A stretch of 64,000 nt of DNA from a bacterium (GTDB lineage Bacteria; SM23-31): positions 1,600,001-1,664,000 of the forward strand of contig OZ252239.1 of assembly GCA_965249485.1 (NCBI GenBank), in the 5' to 3' direction. The position numbers and the translations under genes are program-made. The notes below the pieces were generated by a model that did no database searches, had not been told where the DNA came from, and was given only the letters and a program-made list of their open reading frames with translations. Numbering within the stretch: the stretch's first letter is position 1; each line of letters begins with the position of its first letter. Shown here piece by piece: positions 10,816 to 21,078 of the stretch.

Positions 10816-12894
10816 TTGAAACGTATATCTAAACATATTTATAGTGATTCTACATTTCTTCATGTAGTTTGCCGGCGTCTTTTCAGCACCTTTCTTGTAT
10901 ATGCTTTTTTTAGCGCTTCCAGCGTTTACTCGCAGTATTCAGATAACACACCTGCCCTTAGTGATTTTGGTCCCCCTGATCTGGTCCACATGCTTGATAT
11001 GGAAATAATTGACAATACCGCATATGTTGTCGGATCAGGCGGTTATTGGGTATTTGATGTAAGCGATCCAAGCAATCCTGTTCTCAACAACAGTGTTACT
11101 AACAATCTTTTTGAAATGTACAGTCTCGCCATTCGGGACAGTATCATGTTTACGTGCGAACGTTTCGACGGCTTGGGAATATATGATGTGACCAAATCAG
11201 AACCGGTATATTACTATCCCCAGTACCGTTCATCATATGACAGCTCGTATGAATATGCTATTTTTGTGGAGGATTATCTTTATCTTGCGGCCCATGGCCA
11301 GGGAGTTGAGGTAACAGATGTTAGTATACTTACACGTCCTGAACTCGTATCGAGGGTTTTTACAACGAACGCATTTGCTCTGGTTCAGGTTGATGACTAT
11401 GTATTTGTAGCTGATGGAGATGGGGGACTCACTGTCCTCGATGTGTCTGATCCAGCTGCTCCTGTGAATTTAAACACTGTTTCTACAAACGGCTTTGCAA
11501 TTGATATAGGTATCAACGGAACATATGCGTTTGTGGCTGTCGGTAGCAGTGGAATGGATGTTTTTGATATTTCAAATCCCGAATCCCCTCTGTTTATTAC
11601 CAATTATCATGAAAGCGGTTTTACGAACCGTATAGTAATTGAAAATGATCTCGCATATCTTGCTAATTGGGAAACTGTTGAAATCGTTGATATTTCTGAT
11701 CCTAATAATCCGCTGATCCTGGCGACTCAACATGCATTTTTGAGAGCAATGGCGATCGGTGTGCAAGACAATACATTTTACGTCGGGGACTGGTCGAGAT
11801 TGAGAATATATCGTTATGATGACATCACAGCACCTGATATCAACACCGTTCCACTAAGTTTAAGTTTTGGTGTAATATCACCCGGTTTATCACAAAGTCT
11901 TACCTTAACAGTTGAAAATCTTGGTCATGAACCTTTAGAGGTACTTGATGTTAATGCACAAGGCGAGTTTTCGTTGAATTTTTCTCCTTTTGTTCTTGAT
12001 CCGTTTGAAACCAAAGAAATTCCCGTGTTCTTTTCACCTAATGGAACTGGGCGTATATCAAGTTTTGTAACAATCAGATCAGATGATCCTGACGAACCGG
12101 TAAAAATCGTACCTCTGATAGGTGGACAAGACACTAATAATATCGGCATAGGCGATATTCCACCCGATTTAGAATTGCTTGATACAGACGGCAATCTGAT
12201 CAGTATGGAAAGTATTCTTAATAAGAACAAGATCGTTGTTCTTGTGATGTTTGCTACCTGGTGACCAATATGTGGTCCGGAGGTTTCGGTCATAGAAACA
12301 GTCATTTGGCAGAAATTTAAGGATAAAGATGTTGTTGTATATGGGATCAATATAAGTGAAGGAGATCTATTAGTTAAACGTTTTAAAGAGCAGTTTAATA
12401 TCTCCTTTCCAGTTTTGCTGGGGGAAGACGATACATATTGGTCATACAATATCCGCGGAGAACATGTGTCACCATTTCCGAGGGATTTTGTCATAGGTGC
12501 TGACCGCAAAATCGCGTATTTTTCTGCTAAATTTGAGCCGGCAGTCATGACTCAGGTGATAGAAGATGAATTGAAAAAATTAGAAGGCAAGAGTAGGAAC
12601 ACAACAATAATACCCAAGACGATTGATCTTGAAAAATCTTTTCCAAATCCATTTAACAATAATACTCGGATACAATACCAAATTGGAGCCTCGGTTCATG
12701 TACAATTGTTAATTTACGACAGCAGGGGCAGTTTGGTTAAAACATTGGTCAATGAAAAGCAAACTGTTGGAAGATTCGAGGTAAATTGGGATGGTCGTAA
12801 CGATAATGGTGAGGGCATTTCTTCAGGCATTTATTTTGTTCAAATAAAGACAGGAAAATTTCAAGATACTCTAAAGATTGCATATATTAAGTAA
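10816..12894 (+). CDS. Predicted selenoprotein: signal peptide, LVIVD beta-propeller, Ig-like domain, TlpA/redoxin domain (UxxC), FlgD-Ig/T9SS-type C-terminal domain; 692 aa with Sec483
   Basis: The in-frame TGA at 12262-12264 reads MFATW-U-PICGPE. The frame stays open to TAA at 12892-12894 and joins ORF 12415..12894 in frame. A SECIS-like hairpin follows. Neighbouring paralogs have WCGPC and WCVPC at the same position. Confidence 0.87.
12269..12294 (+). promoter_or_regulatory. Candidate bacterial SECIS element
   Basis: Upper stem CCGGA/UUCGG (12277-12281 with 12285-12289) closes a GGU loop starting 18 nt after the UGA. Lower stem UAUG/CAUA (12269-12272 with 12291-12294). Confidence 0.7.
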
Positions 12895-12915
12895 TTACAA
12901 ACTACAGGATAGTTC

Positions 12916-13477
12916 ATGAAATATAATTTAATAGTCATAAAAACTTTAGTTGTTATAACACTGATTACTGTCGGTTGCGGGGGCGGTGAAAGTGGATTAC
13001 CCACAAATAATTCGGGAAATCAACCTCCTCCTCCTGCCAATGATGATAATGGATTAAACTTTACAGATTTTACCCTTACAGATACGGATGGGATTACTCA
13101 CACGTTAAGTTCGTATATAAGGACAGGTTATTGTTTTAAATTTTTTTGCATCTTGGTGTGGCCCGTGCCAGGATGAAATGCCTCAACTCGAAGAAAATAT
13201 TTGGCAAGTTTTTAAAGATAGTGGTGTCATTGTTTTCGGTATCGATCTGCAAGAGGATTTAGGAACGGTAAAACTATTCACTGTCAATAATGAACTGACA
13301 TTTCCAACAGCTATTGATAATAACGGAGATATATTTGTGTCATATGCAGGCGGAAATGCTGTCGTTTATGTACCTTATAATGTTATTATCGATAAAGATT
13401 TGAATATCAGATATTCTGAGACAGGGTATAGAGAGAATATCATGATAAATCTCATTAATGATATACTCTCAAATTAA
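12916..13477 (+). CDS. TlpA/redoxin-family lipoprotein (WCGPC), split by a +1 frameshift near 13115-13120
   Basis: Lipobox TVGC. Removing one base gives LSSY-x-GQVIVLNFFASWCGPCQDEMPQLE, continuous with ORF 13178..13477 (YVPYNVIID). Confidence 0.85.
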
Positions 13478-13501
13478 TTATTCAATAGAATCTAAATTCA
13501 A

Positions 13502-14029
13502 ATGAAAAACCGGTTGTCGATAATCTTCTTAATTGCACTGTTCATTACTGCTGCTTTTTCGCAGGATGCGATTGCTCAGAATAAAGATGAACTAGGGTCT
13601 ATAAATTTCACTTCAAAGAACCTTAACAGCAGAAATGTTCGTCTTAATAAGTTACTCGAAAAAGGGCCTGTATTGCTTAATTTCTTGGCATTGTGGTGTG
13701 TCCCCTGTATGAAGGAACTACCTTATATCAACAAAATTAATAATGATTATAAAAATTTGGGTCTATCGGTAGTAACCGTAAATGAAGATTCACCAACCGA
13801 TCAGTCAAAGGTAAAACCGTTTATACGACAAAAGAGATTTAAATTCGAAGTTGTATTTGATGAAAATAAAGATATCTGGAATAAGTTTTTGATTCTTTCT
13901 TTGCCGACCACCATTCTTTTAAACAAAAACAAGGAGATAGTCTATTCACATACGGGTTATAAACCCGGAGATGAAGAAGCACTCAATGCTGCCGTGGAAT
14001 CTCTTCTGAACAAAACAAATGATAATTGA
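13502..14029 (+). CDS. TlpA/ResA-family thiol-disulfide oxidoreductase, exported
   Basis: Signal peptide ending AIAQ; LNFLALWCVPCMKELP; cis-Pro motif SLPTTILL. Confidence 0.92.
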   Translation: MKNRLSIIFLIALFITAAFSQDAIAQNKDELGSINFTSKNLNSRNVRLNKLLEKGPVLLNFLALWCVPCMKELPYINKINNDYKNLGLSVVTVNEDSPTDQSKVKPFIRQKRFKFEVVFDENKDIWNKFLILSLPTTILLNKNKEIVYSHTGYKPGDEEALNAAVESLLNKTNDN

Positions 14030-14036
14030 TTAACTC

Positions 14037-15536
14037 ATGCAATTTCACCGTCTCACATTTGTCCTAAAATCAATCCGATTAAAAACTAGTTTATATACGT
14101 GCATTATGAGTATTTTCAGCATCATATTATGCGAATCTTTCCAGAATTACGCTTATGGGCAACTTGGACCGGGAAGCTTTAGGTTAACCAATAGAATGAT
14201 TAATACGGTTGATGATAATTCAAATGAAAACGAATTTAATAATTGGTTAAATTTTGAATACAATTACAGCTCATTTTCAACCGGATTTAGGTTTGAAGCA
14301 CACGATCCGGAAAATGAGAATGTATATTCCAACGATTTTTCGCAAAGATTTTTAGAATATCGAAATGACTGGCTCAAATTAAGAGTTGGCAATTTTTATG
14401 AGCGGTTTGGAAGGGGAATTATATTTCATACGTTTGAAATTCAATCCCAAACACTTGACAGAACTGAACAGAACTTTATAATCGACAGGAATATCGATGG
14501 AGTGAATCTCCATATTGCAACTGACAATCTCGAAGTTAAAGGTATCTTCGGAAAACCATTAAAAATGCTCAGTAGTGAACGAGGACGATCACTTGGAGGT
14601 GGAGAGATTCAATATCGACCGGCATATTGGCTGCTTCTTGGAGGTACATATTTAAATAGTAGTACAGATGATTTCCTCGGAGGAACAATTGATTTTGATA
14701 TTTCTTCTGCCGAATTGGGTCTAAATATTGGGCTATTTGATATATATACGGAAATTGCACATTCAAAATCTTCACAACCTGATTTACAATCGGATGGTGA
14801 TGCACTATATGTAAATGCGACATATTCCGGAGAATATTTCGGTTTAAGTGCTGATATGAAACGATATGAAAACTTCTCAACAATATTTAATAATCCTCCT
14901 GCTCTTGTCAAGACACATTCCTTTACTCTGCTCAATAGACATACACATTCTCTGAACGCAAAGGATGAAACAGGTTTTCAGTTTGAAGGATATATGAGTC
15001 CAACAGACAAGTCCACATTTACGATCCATGCATCCGGTTCAGATAATATAGAGCGAAACGATAGACGGAGATTCAGAGAATATTTTATTCAAAACAGGCA
15101 GGAATGGGGAGATAATTGGATATCACGGGTATTAGTCGATTATAGTAAAGACCGGCCAGTAGGAGATCTCAATCGTTGGACGCTTGCAACTGAAGTGGAT
15201 TACTTTTTTCAAGGGCTGAATAGTATTGTGACCGATTTTCAGGTGCAAAGCATTGATAATGAAAATTCGGGGAAACATTGGAATTATCTTGGAGTTTTTG
15301 CATTTTCAAGGGCACCGAGATTTACTGCAACACTACAGAGTGAATGGACAACGGATGAAACTTCCCTAAGGTCCAATTGGACAGCAGGAATTCTCAGTCT
15401 AAAAATTATGCAGCAAAACGATCTTTTGTTGACACTTGGTGCGCGGCCACCTGGTATTGTATGCTCCGGAGGGATTTGCACATTTGTACCGGAATTCGAA
15501 GGATTTGAAGCACGTTGGAATTTCAGAATATACTAA
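14037..15536 (+). CDS. DUF6029-like predicted outer-membrane beta-barrel protein
   Basis: VGNFYERFGRGI motif, alternating beta-strand pattern, C-terminal GIVCSGGICTFVP and aromatic terminal residue. Family recognised from memory. Confidence 0.65.
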   Translation: MQFHRLTFVLKSIRLKTSLYTCIMSIFSIILCESFQNYAYGQLGPGSFRLTNRMINTVDDNSNENEFNNWLNFEYNYSSFSTGFRFEAHDPENENVYSNDFSQRFLEYRNDWLKLRVGNFYERFGRGIIFHTFEIQSQTLDRTEQNFIIDRNIDGVNLHIATDNLEVKGIFGKPLKMLSSERGRSLGGGEIQYRPAYWLLLGGTYLNSSTDDFLGGTIDFDISSAELGLNIGLFDIYTEIAHSKSSQPDLQSDGDALYVNATYSGEYFGLSADMKRYENFSTIFNNPPALVKTHSFTLLNRHTHSLNAKDETGFQFEGYMSPTDKSTFTIHASGSDNIERNDRRRFREYFIQNRQEWGDNWISRVLVDYSKDRPVGDLNRWTLATEVDYFFQGLNSIVTDFQVQSIDNENSGKHWNYLGVFAFSRAPRFTATLQSEWTTDETSLRSNWTAGILSLKIMQQNDLLLTLGARPPGIVCSGGICTFVPEFEGFEARWNFRIY

Positions 15537-15686
15537 TTCATAATTATCTATGCTTATCAAATTATGTAATTTTCAAAGCCGTACATGCGAGTAAATATCT
15601 TCATACAATATCCAAATAGCAATGTCAAGTGCACTTTAAATTAAACATGAACATATTGAAAGAGCAATAATGTCTTGGGGAGTTAT

Positions 15687-17378
15687 TTATGAATTTTTCT
15701 CCGAAATAATTGGATTTAAAAGCAGTGCAAGGATAATGAGAATTACGCAGCCTATCATGTTGTACCAGAGGTAGGGGACGTCGGTGAAGAAAAAACAGGC
15801 AAAAACTACCAATTCTGCAATGATAGCTGCAATGAAGGTTGCGGTACCTCCAATCGATTTAAAATAGAATGCCACAAGAAATATTCCGAGAATGGTACCG
15901 TAAAAGAGAGAGCCGAGTATGTTAACGGCCTCGATCAATGAACCGAGACGATTGGCAAACAGTGCAAAACTAATAGCATAAATCCCCCAAAAAATCGTAG
16001 CGAGTTTCGATGCTATGAGGTAGTGGCGATCGGTTGCATCTTTTTTGATCATCCTTTTATAAATATCTATGATCGTTGTCGATGCCAGAGCGTTAAGCTC
16101 CGCAGATGTTGAAGACATTGATGCCGATAAAATTGCAGCGAGCACAAGTCCGATGAGTCCCACCGGCAGGAAGTTGATAACAAAGGTTAAAAATACATAA
16201 TTCGTATCATTGGTATCTGCTTCCGGATTAGCTTCCGATATAAACTGTATTGCTTCGTTTCTGATACGCAGTTCTGCATTTCGCGATGAAGTGATCTCAT
16301 TGACAGCAGATTCTACTTCAGATTCACTGCCCGAATCAACAGCAGCTAACATATCCCGGATTTGTTGTTGCTTTTCGGTGTGAATCTGTTTGTATTCACT
16401 TTCCAACATCCGGTATTCAGCTGAATAGGAGCTCGATTTAACCGTATCGGTCTCAACTGAGTTGAAAAAGAGTGGAGGAGCGACAAATTGATAAAATACA
16501 AACACCATTGCCCCGATAAATAATATTGCGAACTGCATGGGAATTTTCACGAGTCCGTTGACGAGAAGTCCCATCCGGCTCTGTGCAATTGAACTTCCCG
16601 AGAGATACCGCTGCACTTGTGATTGGTCTGTTCCAAAATAGGAGAGAGCGAGAAACGTGCCGCCGATGATACCCGACCAGAAATTGTATCTATCTCGCCA
16701 GTCAAAATCAAACGTAATTGCATTGAGTTTCCCCATTTTTCCAGCTACATGGGCAGCATCAAAAAATGAAATGTCGGAAGGAAGGAGGTGGAATATCATG
16801 AAACATGCAGCAAACATACCAACAAAAATGATCGTCATTTGAAGTAAATGTGTCTTGTTGACGGCATCTGTACCGCCAACAGTTGTATAGAGGATTACAA
16901 GAATCCCAATGATGAAAATGGTGAGAGTTAAATTCCAGCCGAGGAGTACAGACAAAATCAATGCCGGAGCAAATATCGTAAATCCTGCCGCCAAGCCTCG
17001 CTGTGTTAAAAACAGGATGCTGCCTAGAGCACGGTTCTTGAGGTCGAACCGCAGTTCAAGATATTCATATGCAGTAAATACATTCAACTTATGAAACAGA
17101 GGAACGGCAGTGACGGAGAGGATGACCATTGCAATCGGAAGGCCAAAATAGAACTGAACAAACCGCATACCGTCTACAAATGCCTGGCCGGGTGTGGAGA
17201 GAAATGTGATAGCGCTGGCCTGCGTGGCCATAATCGAAAGTGTTACTGTATACCAGGGTGTGGATCTATTCGCCAGTAGAAATTCTTTAATATTTTTTTT
17301 CCCACGAGTTTTCCAGATTCCGTAAACAACAACAAACGTCAGGAATGAACTCAGCACGATCCAATCAATTATACTCAT
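15687..17378 (-). CDS. Sodium:solute symporter (SSS family)
   Basis: Many TM segments; ATQASAITF, TAYEYLE, GTDQSQVQRYL and SASMSS motifs. Confidence 0.92.
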   Translation of the reverse strand: MSIIDWIVLSSFLTFVVVYGIWKTRGKKNIKEFLLANRSTPWYTVTLSIMATQASAITFLSTPGQAFVDGMRFVQFYFGLPIAMVILSVTAVPLFHKLNVFTAYEYLELRFDLKNRALGSILFLTQRGLAAGFTIFAPALILSVLLGWNLTLTIFIIGILVILYTTVGGTDAVNKTHLLQMTIIFVGMFAACFMIFHLLPSDISFFDAAHVAGKMGKLNAITFDFDWRDRYNFWSGIIGGTFLALSYFGTDQSQVQRYLSGSSIAQSRMGLLVNGLVKIPMQFAILFIGAMVFVFYQFVAPPLFFNSVETDTVKSSSYSAEYRMLESEYKQIHTEKQQQIRDMLAAVDSGSESEVESAVNEITSSRNAELRIRNEAIQFISEANPEADTNDTNYVFLTFVINFLPVGLIGLVLAAILSASMSSTSAELNALASTTIIDIYKRMIKKDATDRHYLIASKLATIFWGIYAISFALFANRLGSLIEAVNILGSLFYGTILGIFLVAFYFKSIGGTATFIAAIIAELVVFACFFFTDVPYLWYNMIGCVILIILALLLNPIISEKNS

Positions 17379-17440
17379 CTATACGACCGCTTCACGGCTA
17401 TGTTGATCATCATCATGTGTTGGATATGAGACACAATTCA

Positions 17441-17575
17441 CTAATTAAATGTTTGAGTAAATAGATAAAAGAGTATTATTAGAACCGTCAGATTGAGGAG
17501 GACAAGTGTATATAATTTCCTCCATGACGAAAGAATGGGTGGTTTTTCCTCGTTTGTCTGGGTGTGATTTGACAC
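17441..17575 (-). CDS. Small single-TM protein (44 aa) upstream of the SSS gene, absent from the ORF track
   Basis: GTG start immediately after the PIG-L stop; translates as VSNHTQTNEEKPPILSSWRKLYTLVLLNLTVLIILFYLFTQTFN. Confidence 0.7.
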   Translation of the reverse strand: MSNHTQTNEEKPPILSSWRKLYTLVLLNLTVLIILFYLFTQTFN

Positions 17576-17576
17576 A

Positions 17577-20141
17577 TTAGTTGCCACTATATTTCCCTGC
17601 TGATATTAAATTTGCAAAGAGCCGATATGCTCCTGGAACACCTGCCGGAAGTTCCCTGAACCATGATATCCCGGTATAGATAAAAACACCTTTTCCATAA
17701 CGGGTAAAAATGAGGCTGCCCTCTTTGTTCGACTCGTTCGGGTCGTGGCTCGAAAAAATTGTTTCATATTTATCGTCCCACTGTGTTGCGAAATAGAGCC
17801 CTCGTTCTTGAACCCACCCTTCAAAATCTCTATTCGTGATCCTGTTCGGAAAATTCAGAAGTTGATGGCCCGGTTTAAGAAATGATACCGGCGCTGTTTC
17901 GACACTCACCCGGTCACGTCCAATTGTGAATGGGTAGGGTCCAATTTGTGCTGTGTTCAGATCATTTGCTACATTGTATTGCACAATAAATGTTCCGCCG
18001 TTCTTCACGTAATTGATAAGCCGCGGCTGAGCAAACTGAAGCCGTTCCCGAGTGTTATACGCCCGGACACCGGTAAGGATAGCATCAAACTGTGATAAAT
18101 CGCCATTTTCCAGCACATCATCGTTCATAAGTACAACATTATATCCAAGATTCCGCAGTCCATCCGGCACTTCGTCCCCGGCGCCCATAATATAGCCAAT
18201 CGTATCGCCACGCTTCGTAATGTCGAGGTTGACCATTTTAATAATGTTCTCGGGAAAAAGAACTTGATGAGTAATATGCGGATAAGAAATCTCAACAAGT
18301 GAATGAGTATAATGTTCACCGTTCACTTCGACTTCGGTTGTGAAAATTGCTTCATCCGAATCCGCAGGTGGTGTCACGGTGAATGATACTAATTCTTCGT
18401 CAAATGTTTGAGAAAGTGAAAAGGAGATTGAAGCGGGATTGATTTTCCAATTAATCGGCCCTTTTAGACGAATTATACCAGAAATGTCTGGCGAATGTCC
18501 TTTGAGGCTGACTGCAATTTCTTTTGGCTTATTGTTCGTAAAAACGGTCACCTTATCTTCAAAATTAGCCGTAATCAATGGTCTGACTTCAAAAGGGCGG
18601 TACAATTCACCGGCAACACTGTCTTCCCAACGATACAGGAGTGGTACCGTGAATTGTAAACGGATATTGTTACTACTAACAGTAACAAGTGCTTGAATAG
18701 CCGCTGGGTTTTCTGCAATTCCGACCATATTCTGATCTGCAATGGTAAACGTGCCTTTACCCTGTTTTTCGCGCAGCCAGTATGGCTGGGATGTTGGATA
18801 TGTATTGGGAATATGGAGTGTTTTGTCTACCGATATCTGATCGTTGTTGCTCAACGTCATATTCAGGTTTGATTCTGAGTAAATTCCCGAAAAATCAATT
18901 TTTTCAAGTTCAAAAGGATGATTCGACCGGTTGACGAGTGTCGTACGGACCGGAATACTGCTCCCCGGTGCTCCTGCGTAACTATCCGCAATAGCTTCAA
19001 TCCAGAGACCGGCACTTGTTTGAATGGCTCGCAGTAACTCTTTTTGTTTTGTCTCAGTCCAATTATTCTTTCCCAACGTGTTGAGTTTATTATATGCTTC
19101 AATGAGATGTGGTGTTGATAATGCAGGATTACGTGGATCGAACGAATTAAGGGCGTTCTCGATTATAGCGCCAACAGATTTCCCGCCGGGGACTCTGTTC
19201 CACGAGATATCGATCTCATCAAATATATTGGATGAAAATGGCTCACCATCGATTAGATTAAAAAACTCATATTCGTTTCCACGGTCGGCAGTAGAACCGA
19301 ATCCCTGACTCTTGTGCATAGAACGGCTTTCAGCGGAAATTTCCGAGAACGATTTTCCAAGGAGCGGTTCATATTTGCCGATATTAATTTTTGCGGCACT
19401 TCTGAGTTCGTCCTGACTCATCCGCCAATTGTTCCAAACAATTCTTTTTGCCTGCCATGGCTGAACATACCGAAGCTGCTTCGGGAATTGTAATGGATCG
19501 GCAGCAGCCTTGAAAGCTTCCAAAGCAAGAATTCCTGTGGCGGTATGGTGACCGTGCCCCGCAGACCTTCCGGGCGGAAATCGGGATACAATGACATCCG
19601 GTCGGAATTTACGGATAATCCAGACTACATCCGAAAGAATTGTCTCTTTACCCCAGAATTCAAAGGTTTCATCCGGAGTTTTTGAATAGCCGAAGTCAAT
19701 TGCCCTGGTAAAAAATTGTTCGGCACCGTCGATTTTTCGCGCTTCCAGCAACTCCTGTGTGCGGATGATACCTATCTCAGCCCCCTTTTCGGAGCCGATC
19801 AGGTTTTGTCCGCCGTCCCCACGTGTCATAGCAAGATATGCAGTCCGGAATTTCCCGGATTTGGCAAAATGGGCAAGAGCAGCTGTATTTTCGTCATCCG
19901 GGTGTGCGGCGATCATCAAAACACTACCAAGCACGTTGAGTTTTTGCAGTGCAATATGCAATTCACCCGAATCAAAATTTGTTCCAGGCTGAGCATTTAT
20001 GTTACTTTGTAGGAGCACAACAAGGAGCAGTGCACATGTAAGAGCAGATTTAAAAGACCTGTACATAACTTTCGAGACTCCTGATAATTTAACTATATGA
20101 TAACCTGAGAAACGACCGTTCAAAACGGTATTATTGTGCAA
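17577..20141 (-). CDS. PIG-L/LmbE-family deacetylase with C-terminal GATase-like domain, exported
   Basis: AAHPDDE, TRGDGGQNLIG, DFGYSK, GHGHH and HKSQGFG motifs. The true start is probably downstream of 20141. Confidence 0.9.
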   Translation of the reverse strand: MHNNTVLNGRFSGYHIVKLSGVSKVMYRSFKSALTCALLLVVLLQSNINAQPGTNFDSGELHIALQKLNVLGSVLMIAAHPDDENTAALAHFAKSGKFRTAYLAMTRGDGGQNLIGSEKGAEIGIIRTQELLEARKIDGAEQFFTRAIDFGYSKTPDETFEFWGKETILSDVVWIIRKFRPDVIVSRFPPGRSAGHGHHTATGILALEAFKAAADPLQFPKQLRYVQPWQAKRIVWNNWRMSQDELRSAAKINIGKYEPLLGKSFSEISAESRSMHKSQGFGSTADRGNEYEFFNLIDGEPFSSNIFDEIDISWNRVPGGKSVGAIIENALNSFDPRNPALSTPHLIEAYNKLNTLGKNNWTETKQKELLRAIQTSAGLWIEAIADSYAGAPGSSIPVRTTLVNRSNHPFELEKIDFSGIYSESNLNMTLSNNDQISVDKTLHIPNTYPTSQPYWLREKQGKGTFTIADQNMVGIAENPAAIQALVTVSSNNIRLQFTVPLLYRWEDSVAGELYRPFEVRPLITANFEDKVTVFTNNKPKEIAVSLKGHSPDISGIIRLKGPINWKINPASISFSLSQTFDEELVSFTVTPPADSDEAIFTTEVEVNGEHYTHSLVEISYPHITHQVLFPENIIKMVNLDITKRGDTIGYIMGAGDEVPDGLRNLGYNVVLMNDDVLENGDLSQFDAILTGVRAYNTRERLQFAQPRLINYVKNGGTFIVQYNVANDLNTAQIGPYPFTIGRDRVSVETAPVSFLKPGHQLLNFPNRITNRDFEGWVQERGLYFATQWDDKYETIFSSHDPNESNKEGSLIFTRYGKGVFIYTGISWFRELPAGVPGAYRLFANLISAGKYSGN

Positions 20142-20144
20142 GTA

Positions 20145-20729
20145 TTAATTACTCAACCTGATTGAAAACGGAATTTTAAGCTTTTCCCAATGGACGTATG
20201 CAGTTGCAGAATTCCCATCTAAATTCTCAAACCCAAAGACAAGCCATTCCTGGTGCGATGCTTGTTCGGGAGTAACAGTGACTCGGAGTGCATCATCTTT
20301 CTGAAAATAAGCATAACTGCCCCATTCGGCGTTTTTCTTGCTGAACATAATAGTCCAGTCACCCTGTGCCGGAATCATATGAATTCCGTATTTACCCATT
20401 GGTAACCGTTTTCCCTCAATCATAACGTCGCTGGTGAATTCGATTGTCGTATTTTCGTTTGCTCCTGCACGCCAGGGGATTGGATTTCCGTTTGAATAAT
20501 CGTTACCCTTTTCAAAACCATACGGGACAAGTTCTCCCCAAATATTTCTTCCTTTAACGCCCGGCCTGCTGTATTCGATAGTAACATCCGTGTCAACTCC
20601 GAGACGCTGGCTCACGCTAGCAGCAAGGCTTGCTCGGACTTCATCATCCTGCGCTGAAGCAGAGATAGGAAGGTTCAACAAGAATGCACAAAGCGTGAAA
20701 ATGCTGAAAATAAAATATATGCGCTTCAT
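20145..20729 (-). CDS. DUF2911-family exported protein
   Basis: YSRPGVKGR.IWGELVPY, WRAGANENT and WG...Y....DALR motifs. Confidence 0.85.
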   Translation of the reverse strand: MKRIYFIFSIFTLCAFLLNLPISASAQDDEVRASLAASVSQRLGVDTDVTIEYSRPGVKGRNIWGELVPYGFEKGNDYSNGNPIPWRAGANENTTIEFTSDVMIEGKRLPMGKYGIHMIPAQGDWTIMFSKKNAEWGSYAYFQKDDALRVTVTPEQASHQEWLVFGFENLDGNSATAYVHWEKLKIPFSIRLSN

Positions 20730-21046
20730 AATAGATCCCTTTATATGATTTATAGGTATGAAATGGTTGGTCTGTTAAAATGTTTACAAGAATTTAAACG
20801 TTAATCTTGAATTGTCAAGGCAAAAGAGTTGTTAGTGGAATATAATCTACATTTTCAACTCTACAAAGCTACAATTATTTATTTAGTGCATATAATACCT
20901 TTCACCGGTTATTTTATTCAATAAATTATTGTAAGTAACAGAATATATCTTTTAAAAATGCCCGGAACAAGTATAACAGGTTGAAAAGCAGTCTTGCATT
21001 TTAATCAGTGCATTGCATGTGCGCTAAAATTTTATAATACCTGAAA

Positions 21047-21078
21047 AAAAACACTCACAGCAAGCTGTGAGTGTTTTT
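21047..21078. terminator. Intrinsic (possibly bidirectional) terminator
   Basis: aaaaacactcacagc-aa-gctgtgagtgttttt, downstream of minus-strand gene 21137..21943. A second hairpin lies at 21091-21118. Confidence 0.8.

Noticed and set aside
12262..12264. Genome-wide TGA reassignment (Trp or Gly) as the explanation for read-through
   Set aside because: TGA ends several complete genes at their expected C-termini (for example 24767, 30971, 50769, 61229) and TGG encodes Trp. Only this TGA aligns with a catalytic Cys.
11925..12548. 207-aa antisense ORF across the Sec codon, and other short overlapping ORFs in the track
   Set aside because: Shadow frames of well-supported genes with no recognisable motifs.
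12415..12894. Independent 159-aa gene as given in the ORF track
   Set aside because: It starts at a TTG in the middle of the thioredoxin fold and is in frame with the upstream ORF, so it is better explained as the C-terminus of the read-through protein.
13100..13180. Programmed ribosomal frameshift in the TlpA lipoprotein
   Set aside because: The T-run at 13141-13147 lies downstream of where homology switches frame (about 13115-13120), and five similar indels elsewhere point to sequencing error.
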